Positions 54,576 to 61,877 of a stretch of DNA of 64,000 nt are shown in pieces. A program made the position numbers and the translations under genes. The stretch is from a virus. The notes under the pieces were generated by a model. It worked only from the letters and a program-made list of their open reading frames with translations, was not told where the DNA came from and did no database searches. The stretch is from the IMG/VR virus record IMGVR_UViG_3300045988_125079, positions 1 to 64,000 of that record; one strand, 5' to 3'. Positions within the stretch are counted from its first letter, which is position 1. Each line of letters starts with the position of its first letter.

Positions 54576-56645
54576 TTAAATCACCACTTTCAGAACTCGC
54601 TCAGTAGCTCCCTGCACCTTGACAATGAAGGAGTCATGCTTTGTCTCAGAGAAACCAACGCCAGACAGCTGGTCATCGACAGACTGGACCGCCATCTGAG
54701 AACCGAGAGCTTCAAACACCCGCTTATGCTGCAGAAGTTCTGCTTTCAGAAATTCGTTGTAGAATCCGTTCGGCTTTTCAGGGTTGACACAATCCTTCAG
54801 CATAAAGAAGTAGTGACGGTTGCCGTTTCCGGTCTGCTCGTCCCAGTAGTTTGGAGAGTACATGGCCACAGAAACAGGAACGAACTGGTTGGAATTCACA
54901 CTCCAGATTTCGCGGGTGCTGGTAGAACTGGGCAGCTGCTCCTTGATAGAGAACTTGCCATCCTTCAGCGTGACCTTTGCCACGGCGACATTCTGACCCT
55001 GATGCAGCGGCTTATCGTAGTTAAACGAGTAGATGTTGCCATCGAACTCGATCTCAGCACGGAAACCGGTTTTTCCGCCACGACCAGCGAAACAATGAAC
55101 ATAGAAACTGTATTCGCCCTCCTTCATCTTTTTGATATCAGGCCAGGTGATGTTCTCGACTGCGACACGATTACGACCAGGCTGCATGATGTCAACATCC
55201 AGAACACCGCCCGTAGTGTAATTACGTTTTGCGCCAAAATAGATGTGGTTCTTATCGGGTTCAATGCAATGAGCATCCTCATCGTTTTCGTCCCACTCGC
55301 ACGACATATCATTCCACTGAATAGAGAAACGCAGAACGCCGTCGATTTTACCGCCAGCATTTTTGACGTTCTCCCGGATCTGGCTGTCAGTCACGTTACC
55401 CGTATATGCCCAACTAAAACCGTTCGCCCACTTGAACATAGATGGCGCAGCCTTATCCTGCGGCGCAATCAGAGACACCATATTCTTCTCGAAACGATTC
55501 TCCATGAACAGTTCCAGCCCAGTCGCAGTCGGAAGCACGTCCTTGATGAACTTGTCGATGCCGATTTCCTCTGCACGACCAAACTTCTTAGGATCAATCG
55601 CAACAGTCTTAGCCATTGCTTCAAACGGATTTGTAGCACCAGCAATACGAGGAGCAGCGTCACGATTACAGAACAGGATATTGTTGGCAGTGATATCGTC
55701 CAGAGTAGCAAACCGACGACCCAGACTGTTCATATAACCCAGCTCAGTGACGGTTTTCTGTGCATCCTCCAGCATCTTCTTGGTGAAAATCGCCTTGGGA
55801 CGCTTATAGTTAGCTGGTGCAACCACCTTTTCAAAAGCAGTCACAGCAGAATCCACATCCATACCTTCACTCAGATTAATAAGCAGAGTACCGATTGCAG
55901 TGTTACGAATACGAAGCTGTCCCATATCGCCCCATGCCGGTGCCAGCCAAACATAAGCGGCCTTGTTCTCAGCCGGAGTATTGTCATATTCAATCTTGTT
56001 AGTCTTAAATACCTTGACGGCGTTTTCAAATTCCTTACCGCGATACAAACTATTCTGTGCAATCAGCTCCAGAACAGTATCAACAGCATCCATGGTCAGT
56101 TCTTCCAGAGAACGCTTGTATACGTTTGCGGAATCACGCCACTGAGCCATCTTGGTAGCCACATCATCAGGCCGCACAACGAAACGCTGCGGAATCTTGA
56201 CTGCGAAATGATCCCAAGTACGCACATCCTTGTGGTTTTCATCGTACTCATAGTTCATCTCGGTGCCGAACATATTACCAGAACCGATCATATTGCGACT
56301 GACAAAGTACGGATTCACAATAGTGCGGCTCTTCACATAAGCATCCAGAGCGTCCACAACAGGCTGATACTTGGCAGACTTTGCATCGAAATTCCACACA
56401 GTAATCATTTTTCCATCATCAAACGCCACCAGCTTGCCGATATTCTTCACAAAACGGCGGCAGCAGGAACAATCATACTCACGGCGCTTACGGAACAGCT
56501 CATTCATACCGGCCGGGAAGCTGTCAAGATACAGATTGTACAGTTCATCCTCGTCTGCATCGGTGATAAACAGTGGATTCTCACCCTTCACCATCTCATT
56601 GAAGTGGTCCTGCAGAAGTGCGCGAAATTCCTTAAAATCAGACAT
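54576..56645 (-). CDS. large hypothetical protein (689 aa), compositionally G/C-shifted
   Basis: Uninterrupted 689-aa ORF. N-terminal REYDCSCCRRF motif. No family recognised. The antisense strand is also stop-free, which I read as a codon-bias artefact. Confidence 0.6.
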   Translation of the reverse strand: MSDFKEFRALLQDHFNEMVKGENPLFITDADEDELYNLYLDSFPAGMNELFRKRREYDCSCCRRFVKNIGKLVAFDDGKMITVWNFDAKSAKYQPVVDALDAYVKSRTIVNPYFVSRNMIGSGNMFGTEMNYEYDENHKDVRTWDHFAVKIPQRFVVRPDDVATKMAQWRDSANVYKRSLEELTMDAVDTVLELIAQNSLYRGKEFENAVKVFKTNKIEYDNTPAENKAAYVWLAPAWGDMGQLRIRNTAIGTLLINLSEGMDVDSAVTAFEKVVAPANYKRPKAIFTKKMLEDAQKTVTELGYMNSLGRRFATLDDITANNILFCNRDAAPRIAGATNPFEAMAKTVAIDPKKFGRAEEIGIDKFIKDVLPTATGLELFMENRFEKNMVSLIAPQDKAAPSMFKWANGFSWAYTGNVTDSQIRENVKNAGGKIDGVLRFSIQWNDMSCEWDENDEDAHCIEPDKNHIYFGAKRNYTTGGVLDVDIMQPGRNRVAVENITWPDIKKMKEGEYSFYVHCFAGRGGKTGFRAEIEFDGNIYSFNYDKPLHQGQNVAVAKVTLKDGKFSIKEQLPSSTSTREIWSVNSNQFVPVSVAMYSPNYWDEQTGNGNRHYFFMLKDCVNPEKPNGFYNEFLKAELLQHKRVFEALGSQMAVQSVDDQLSGVGFSETKHDSFIVKVQGATERVLKVVI

Positions 56646-56934
56646 TGTTATTCTCCTTTGCTTTCATATAATTTTTGAGAAAAATACTCAAAAGTTCATC
56701 GGTGACTTCAAATCCTTGCCAGATTCGAGAGCTCTTATCTGTTCCAACTTGAGCATATAAATTTGTATTGCAATCAACCTCAATTGTAGAATCCGGATAT
56801 TTTTCAATCTCGTCATACTCATCAATTGCACTATTATTTATATAAAGATCAGCCTCATTTCTGCTATCAAAAAAACGAGGGAATTCGCACGATCCTTCAG
56901 AATCATATTCAAAAACACACCAGATCTTGTTCAT
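56638..56934 (-). CDS. hypothetical acidic protein
   Basis: Co-directional 98-aa ORF. Confidence 0.45.
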   Translation of the reverse strand: MNKIWCVFEYDSEGSCEFPRFFDSRNEADLYINNSAIDEYDEIEKYPDSTIEVDCNTNLYAQVGTDKSSRIWQGFEVTDELLSIFLKNYMKAKENNNV

Positions 56935-56943
56935 ATAACCACC

Positions 56944-57210
56944 TCATAATAATGACTTGCATCTAAACTGATGAGTTATTTTTTCAAACATTTCATCGCA
57001 CCAGAGCCAATTACACTCTTTTATTTTATACGATCCAAAAGATGAAATATGGTCAATATGAACTAATTTCCCACGCATTGCCATCATCTCTTCAATAACA
57101 TAATCGCTTTCCTGTTCAGCATATGGCCCAGATTTCATACAATAAAGATGACCCATACTTAAATCTTTACGGACACGAACTGTATCTCCAGGCTTATATA
57201 GATAATCCAT
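56944..57210 (-). CDS. CxSLL-tail SH3-like small protein, paralog 4
   Basis: MDYLYKPGDTVRV ... WLWCDEMF ... CKSLL-stop. AGGAG RBS. Confidence 0.7.
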   Translation of the reverse strand: MDYLYKPGDTVRVRKDLSMGHLYCMKSGPYAEQESDYVIEEMMAMRGKLVHIDHISSFGSYKIKECNWLWCDEMFEKITHQFRCKSLL

Positions 57211-57221
57211 ATTTTCACTCC

Positions 57222-57482
57222 TCACAAGAGAGACTTACATACAATTCGACCCTCCGGTTCAAACATTTCATCTGTCCAATGCCAATTAATTTCGTTTAAG
57301 AGATATTGACCGCATGAAAATCCCTTGATATGGACAAACTGACCACGGAATTTCATCATATCGTCATTGGTGCTATTTGAACCATACTTGTAATCAGGGC
57401 CAGATTTCATACGGTACGATTGTTTGGTACTCAAATCGGCTCGAACCCGAACTCTCTGTCCAACTTTATATTTGTAATCCAT
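57222..57482 (-). CDS. CxSLL-tail SH3-like small protein, paralog 5
   Basis: MDYKYKVGQRVRV ... WHWTDEMF ... CKSLL-stop. Confidence 0.7.
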   Translation of the reverse strand: MDYKYKVGQRVRVRADLSTKQSYRMKSGPDYKYGSNSTNDDMMKFRGQFVHIKGFSCGQYLLNEINWHWTDEMFEPEGRIVCKSLL

Positions 57483-57490
57483 ATTTCACC

Positions 57491-57763
57491 TCAAAGAAGA
57501 GACTTGCATGTAAGTGGCGTTAACGGTTCAAACATTTCATCGACGAAATAATTGCACTTACCATCTTCGATGATCTTGTACTTTCCATTTGCTTTATGAG
57601 AAATATGAACTATCTTTCCTGCCCAATTTGTTCTAATGCTGTATGTAGCGTAAGTGCTTGCATATCCTGGACCAGACTGCATTTGATATACATGTCCACC
57701 TTCAAGATGCTGCTTTACTTTAACAGCCTGTCCATTCCTGTATTTATATTTACTTTTCGACAT
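57491..57763 (-). CDS. CxSLL-tail SH3-like small protein, paralog 6
   Basis: KYKYRNGQAVKV ... YFVDEMF ... CKSLL-stop. Confidence 0.7.
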   Translation of the reverse strand: MSKSKYKYRNGQAVKVKQHLEGGHVYQMQSGPGYASTYATYSIRTNWAGKIVHISHKANGKYKIIEDGKCNYFVDEMFEPLTPLTCKSLL

Positions 57764-57783
57764 TTTCTTTTACCTCCCAAAAT

Positions 57784-57876
57784 TTACAAAAGACTCGTAC
57801 AGTAAATAAATTTTGCAGGCACGAGCATTCCATCACGTACTTGTACCGCATCGCCAACTTTATACATACACGCCAT
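57784..57876 (-). CDS. 30-aa miniature member of the CxSLL family
   Basis: Hand translation gives MACMYKVGDAVQVRDGMLVPAKFIYCTSLL-stop. It keeps only the N-terminal YKVGD.V.V strand and the C-x-S-L-L tail. Starts 4 nt after the recombinase stop. Confidence 0.4.
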   Translation of the reverse strand: MACMYKVGDAVQVRDGMLVPAKFIYCTSLL

Positions 57877-57879
57877 TTT

Positions 57880-58686
57880 TCATTCTCCATCAAACCAATC
57901 AGAAACTCGATCCGACATCCTGTCCATCTTTTCCTGTGCAGCCTTACAATACCTCATTGTGATTCTTTCATCGCTATGATTCAATTTCATCTGGAGAAGC
58001 TGCAGAGTATTTCCTTCGTCTTGAGTCCCCTCTGCACTCTTTAGCGCTGCCATTGCATATGTTTTTCGCATTGTATGTGTAGACAATTCAATATCAAGGC
58101 CGCACATTTTACCGGCATTTTTCAGGATACCATATATCGATCGAACATTAAGCGAACCGCCCTTCTGGCTCTGGAATAAAAACACATCTCGTGAGACTTC
58201 AAAATGCTGCTCGTCGTAATATTCTTTCAAAACTTCGGCAGCCATTTTAGGAATTTTACAGATATTTCGCTTTCCTGTTTTCTGCTCAAAAACATCAAGA
58301 TGGCTCTTTACTTTACCATTTAGTGTATAAACATCTTCCGTCTTTAGTTTTACAAGATCGCTGCAACGAAGACCGACAGAACAACCAAGAATGAACAGCG
58401 TTTTATTCCTGATTCTATATCCGACCTTACCGTTTTTACCAAGATAATCTACTACTTTTTTGAACTCCTCTTTAGATTGAATCGGACTAGCCGGAGTCGG
58501 CTTCTTTCGTCCATCGCAAGTGTAAAGACTTGTTGTTTTCGTCTTCTTTTGTTTTTTTCGAGCAGCTGTTACGGCGTCACGAATCATCTGCTGCAATTCA
58601 TCTTCAGATAACGTAATATGAGCTTCGTCAGAAGAATTAGGAAATATAATCAGCTTATCTTTTTCTTTTACCGCTGCTTCTGCCAT
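57880..58686 (-). CDS. tyrosine recombinase, catalytic domain only (no core-binding domain)
   Basis: GLRCSDL (Arg), HTMRKTY (HxxR), LNHSDERITMRY (His/Tyr). 268 aa with a Lys-rich N-terminal tail. Confidence 0.8.
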   Translation of the reverse strand: MAEAAVKEKDKLIIFPNSSDEAHITLSEDELQQMIRDAVTAARKKQKKTKTTSLYTCDGRKKPTPASPIQSKEEFKKVVDYLGKNGKVGYRIRNKTLFILGCSVGLRCSDLVKLKTEDVYTLNGKVKSHLDVFEQKTGKRNICKIPKMAAEVLKEYYDEQHFEVSRDVFLFQSQKGGSLNVRSIYGILKNAGKMCGLDIELSTHTMRKTYAMAALKSAEGTQDEGNTLQLLQMKLNHSDERITMRYCKAAQEKMDRMSDRVSDWFDGE

Positions 58687-58713
58687 ATTGTAGCCTCCTT
58701 ATATGTGTTACAT

Positions 58714-58968
58714 TTACAGCAAACTTCGACACGAAAACGGTGCAGCACCTTCAAGCATTCCGTCCGACCAGAGATAGTTTCCATCATCTATATCGAGAAT
58801 ATAAAATCCACTTTTGTATCCTACGATTTTAGTAGTCATCCCTTCATAACTCGACATATGTAAACCAAGTCCGCAGTAATTCCCAGGACACGGTCCAGAT
58901 ACCATTGGAAGATTTTTTACCGGAGATTCTATTTTGACTTTTTGTCCAATTTTATATTTGTAATTCAT
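58714..58968 (-). CDS. CxSLL-tail SH3-like small protein, paralog 7
   Basis: MNYKYKIGQKVKI ... YLWSDGML ... CRSLL-stop. Confidence 0.65.
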   Translation of the reverse strand: MNYKYKIGQKVKIESPVKNLPMVSGPCPGNYCGLGLHMSSYEGMTTKIVGYKSGFYILDIDDGNYLWSDGMLEGAAPFSCRSLL

Positions 58969-59039
58969 ACTATACCTTTCTTTCACACTCTCTTCTAATT
59001 GGTTGGAGGCCAGAGAGGAGTTCAAAGCGAGAGGATTTA

Positions 59040-59270
59040 ATTTGATTGGCGAAGCGATAAATTAAATACGAACGATTTGAATCCGCGCGTCCGCCGAAGG
59101 ATCAAGGGCGACTCCAGCTTCGCTGGGTCGCCTGCGATCCGCAGGTCGGACCTGGCTGAATGCCAATGCGGGTGGAAGATCCCCGATGCGCTCCTCCCGG
59201 AGGGCGAGCGAGGGGATCGACATGCCTTACCATTATCTCAACAGTTGGAATCTCCAGCTGCCTAAATTTC
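59040..59270 (-). ncRNA. GC-rich hairpin-dense non-coding block 3' of the RT cassette
   Basis: No minus-strand ORF. Perfect stems: CCUGCG-GAU-CGCAGG (59131-59145), GGCGAC/CCAGC-GAA-GCUGG/GUCGCC (59107-59132), GAUCCCC...GGGGAUC (59178-59218). Confidence 0.4.
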
Positions 59271-59299
59271 ATTTAGTATTCAAGAGAGATCAAACAGTT

Positions 59300-59662
59300 T
59301 TACTTTTCAACAATAGAATCCGAATCATCTATTTCTTCTGACTCTTCATCGAGAGCGTCATCTAGTTCCAATAAATACTGATTCAAGGCGTCTCGGCCAG
59401 CCTCAAGCATTGCTCGATGGATTTCAGGTTCTGCATCCTTTAAAAGATCCCCACAAAGTGCAAGATCCTCAGCTTCAAACCCCGTAGATTCCATATCCTT
59501 GATGGCATCCGCGACATCTGAAGGGGCCCAAAATACCATAGCACGATGTTCGTCTTCATCGAGGACTTCAACATCGTCATTTACCACTGCTCTCACATAA
59601 TCAGCGACATTTTCAAGCAGCTCAGGTGGCACAGAACCGTCACGACACATAATTTCAATCAT
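59300..59662 (-). CDS. highly acidic 120-aa protein
   Basis: AAGGAGG RBS. ATG at 59662 lies 13 nt after the RT stop. About 37 D/E versus 8 K/R by hand count. Confidence 0.55.
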   Translation of the reverse strand: MIEIMCRDGSVPPELLENVADYVRAVVNDDVEVLDEDEHRAMVFWAPSDVADAIKDMESTGFEAEDLALCGDLLKDAEPEIHRAMLEAGRDALNQYLLELDDALDEESEEIDDSDSIVEK

Positions 59663-59675
59663 AAATCCTCCTTTG

Positions 59676-60908
59676 TTATGCGGCATCTTTTGGACGAAGA
59701 TCGTCTTTAATCATAGCCATCACATCAACATGGTATTTGTTGTTGGCTTTTGAAATCAACGCTTTGATTTTGTCTTTTTCTACCATTTTATAATAGCTGA
59801 TAAGACCATTAAGCTCCTGAACGTCTTCAATTGTCCAAGGAGCATTTTCCTTTTTACAGCGGATATAGTTGGACATCATAATCTTGAATGTCTTGATGTT
59901 ACGCCATCCAACCGTGATTTCATTGTTCTGATTCCACATCAAGCCGAGCACCCAGTTTTTACTCGAATGACGATTGCCGTAATGAGTTTTTTCTTCATTC
60001 AGAGTAAATGGAGCATGGATATACGCCAGAATATTTTTGATTACATCCTGCATCTCCATATAGTCAAAACTCAAATAACAACTAATCGTGATATCATCCG
60101 CATATCTTGTATAAGTAAAATCACGAGTAATGCCATCTTTCATTTTGAAACCATGACGAATTTTTCGACTCAGCAAATGATCAAATGGAATCATCATGAC
60201 ATTCGTAAGCCAAGGACTCAAGGGGCTTCCCTGCGGTAATCCATTGCGAAGAAAAGCAATCTTTAATGCATCACTCAACGCTTCATGGCCGCCGAATGGA
60301 TCTTGCATGATAAGAGCGAACGGATAAATCACACTCAACATTCCCATAACAAACTCTGGATTAGAGCTGGGGAAAAATCCGTGAAAGTCGAATTTTACAG
60401 ACCAGTTATTTTCATAAATAACCTGCTCTTTTTCTCCTGTTGTCGGGTTCGTTTTAGTCCGCACATGCCCTTCCTGATGTTTTTTCACAGCAGTCAAAGT
60501 AGACCGATGCGGAACATAAGCATGTGCCGCAGTATGATAGTCTGCAAGCATAAAGCTTTTTAACAACGTTTGCAGTTCGTTCAATGCGTCACTAAGGATT
60601 TTGTCTGGAGCATCAATTGGCCGCATGCCACCTGTTTTTTTGGGAATTTCATAGTGAGTATAGTGAACAGACATATCCGGTTCAGATTCGAGCTGTTCGT
60701 ATTTCTTATTAAACGCTTCGAGTTCTCGAATCATTCGGTTAATATCTGTCATGGCTCTCAAACGTGGGGTAAGTTCGTCTCTACAAACAGTCACAGTCGA
60801 AGTAACATCTTCTCGATATTTCAATTTCTCAGACTCGATAATGCCTGCAAGAATCTCATCGATTGTGATCTGTCTCGTTTTAGGGGCTGCTTTGTATGTA
60901 ATATACAT
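59676..60908 (-). CDS. stand-alone reverse transcriptase (retron/UG-DRT-like size and motifs)
   Basis: IPKKTGGMRPIDAP, KFDFHGFFPS, GLPQGSPLSPWLTN, RYADDITIS, LNEEKT, VLGL. 410 aa with no extra nuclease or maturase domain visible. Confidence 0.9.
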   Translation of the reverse strand: MYITYKAAPKTRQITIDEILAGIIESEKLKYREDVTSTVTVCRDELTPRLRAMTDINRMIRELEAFNKKYEQLESEPDMSVHYTHYEIPKKTGGMRPIDAPDKILSDALNELQTLLKSFMLADYHTAAHAYVPHRSTLTAVKKHQEGHVRTKTNPTTGEKEQVIYENNWSVKFDFHGFFPSSNPEFVMGMLSVIYPFALIMQDPFGGHEALSDALKIAFLRNGLPQGSPLSPWLTNVMMIPFDHLLSRKIRHGFKMKDGITRDFTYTRYADDITISCYLSFDYMEMQDVIKNILAYIHAPFTLNEEKTHYGNRHSSKNWVLGLMWNQNNEITVGWRNIKTFKIMMSNYIRCKKENAPWTIEDVQELNGLISYYKMVEKDKIKALISKANNKYHVDVMAMIKDDLRPKDAA

Positions 60909-60929
60909 ATTATCTTCCTCTTATCGTGA

Positions 60930-61165
60930 TCTAAATAGGTCTCAGCTCATTCCAAGCCTGATCGCAGTGCGGATCTTGACTATGTTGTTGAGCGATACAT
61001 CGTAAAATTTCACCCTGCAGTGACGCTGATGACGTCGACTACCTGGAGGATGGCCGTTGCCTCCGCGGTACCTCCATGGCCATCGGCGGCTCGCGGGGCA
61101 CCTCCCTCGTTCTACCTTTGCGAACCAATCGGATCTCCGGTTGGACTGTGGTTAACAGTAATTCA
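60930..61165 (-). ncRNA. GC-rich structured leader upstream of the RT (candidate RT-associated ncRNA)
   Basis: About 235 nt between the E1 stop and the RT RBS with no minus-strand ORF. GAUGGCC/GGCCAUC (61049-55 / 61078-84). Competing GGAGG/CCUCC pairings (61044-49, 61061-65, 61071-76). GAUC-CGC-ACU-GCG-AUC hairpin (60960-60975). Confidence 0.45.
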
Positions 61166-61185
61166 TCACGATTTTATTTCAAATT

Positions 61186-61860
61186 TTAACTTGCAATAAC
61201 ACTATGCTGATAAGGATCAACAACAATCATCTTGTTGACTTTATTCTTCCCCATAGCAAATCCGATGAAATTCGTAACAGCCTGACAGCAGATTTCACGA
61301 ACTGTCGGAGCAAGTCCCTGAACAACGCCACATGCAGAAACGGGCGTACTTGCCGTGGCTTCTTCGTGAGTGAAATCCATAGAATTTTTGAGATTTTCCT
61401 TCATGGATTCATCCATCCAATCAGCCGCCCAACACTGAGCGTCGTAAAGACCGGTTCGGATATCAAACACGCCCTTAATATTGGGATTATATTTGTTCTT
61501 CTCCATGAAATCTTTTCGAATTTCAATGTTGTCAACAGCCAGGAAAACATATCCCTGAACCTGTTCACCATGCCAACCATTGGGTTTGATGATGATATCG
61601 TCCTTCGCGTCAGGATTAATCATGCAGATGAGATTTGCAACAGCTTCAACCTTCGGATGACCAATATCCTGCTGGAAAAACATTTGGTTCACGATATTCT
61701 TCGATTCAACGATGTCCATATCCCAAAGCGTAAAATTAGTGAGGCCGTATCGAGCCAACAGCTCAGCCACAGTCGAACCAACAGAACCACAGCCAATGAT
61801 ATGCACCTGGCCACGAATTTCTTTAGGATTGAAAATCATCTCAATCTTGCTCAGATTCAT
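61186..61860 (-). CDS. ThiF/MoeB/E1-like adenylyltransferase (minimal, 224 aa)
   Basis: VHIIGCGSVGSTVAELLARYGL..FTLWDMDIVESKNIVNQ...DIGHPKVEAV gives a GxGxxG Rossmann fold plus the Asp and Arg/Lys pattern of E1-like enzymes. Confidence 0.8.
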   Translation of the reverse strand: MNLSKIEMIFNPKEIRGQVHIIGCGSVGSTVAELLARYGLTNFTLWDMDIVESKNIVNQMFFQQDIGHPKVEAVANLICMINPDAKDDIIIKPNGWHGEQVQGYVFLAVDNIEIRKDFMEKNKYNPNIKGVFDIRTGLYDAQCWAADWMDESMKENLKNSMDFTHEEATASTPVSACGVVQGLAPTVREICCQAVTNFIGFAMGKNKVNKMIVVDPYQHSVIAS

Positions 61861-61877
61861 TTGTTTATCCTTTCTTT

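Noticed and set aside
54507-56678. 723-aa plus-strand ORF
   Set aside because: It mirrors the 689-aa minus-strand ORF, which fits the co-directional operon, has a proper RBS and stop, and gives a protein-like sequence. The plus-strand product is repetitive and low-complexity. I read it as a codon-composition artefact.
53586-58968. CaaX prenylation box or lipobox reading of the C-x-S-L-L tail; integron cassette array
   Set aside because: CaaX needs Cys at -4, and here it is at -5. Bacterial lipoboxes are N-terminal. I found no attC-like imperfect palindromes after each paralog, and the recombinase is co-oriented and lacks the IntI architecture.
59077-59265. 62-aa plus-strand ORF (MNPRVRRRIKGD...)
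   Set aside because: It lies within the GC-rich hairpin block and is an Arg/Gly/Pro-rich translation typical of GC-rich non-coding sequence. It has no RBS and is on the wrong strand for the locus.
53586-60908. Diversity-generating retroelement (RT plus variable paralogs)
   Set aside because: The RT motif 4 is LPQGSPLSP, not the DGR-type (I/L)GxxxSQ. The paralogs are diverged along their whole length at the protein level. I saw no near-identical TR/VR repeat pair with adenine-specific differences.
59040-61185. Group II intron interpretation of the RT with structured flanks
   Set aside because: The 5' block is only about 235 nt, far short of domains I-III. I found no GUGYG 5' end and no domain-V-like 34-nt hairpin with an AGC triad and GNRA loop. 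The RT has no maturase X/En extension. An extra acidic ORF follows the RT.
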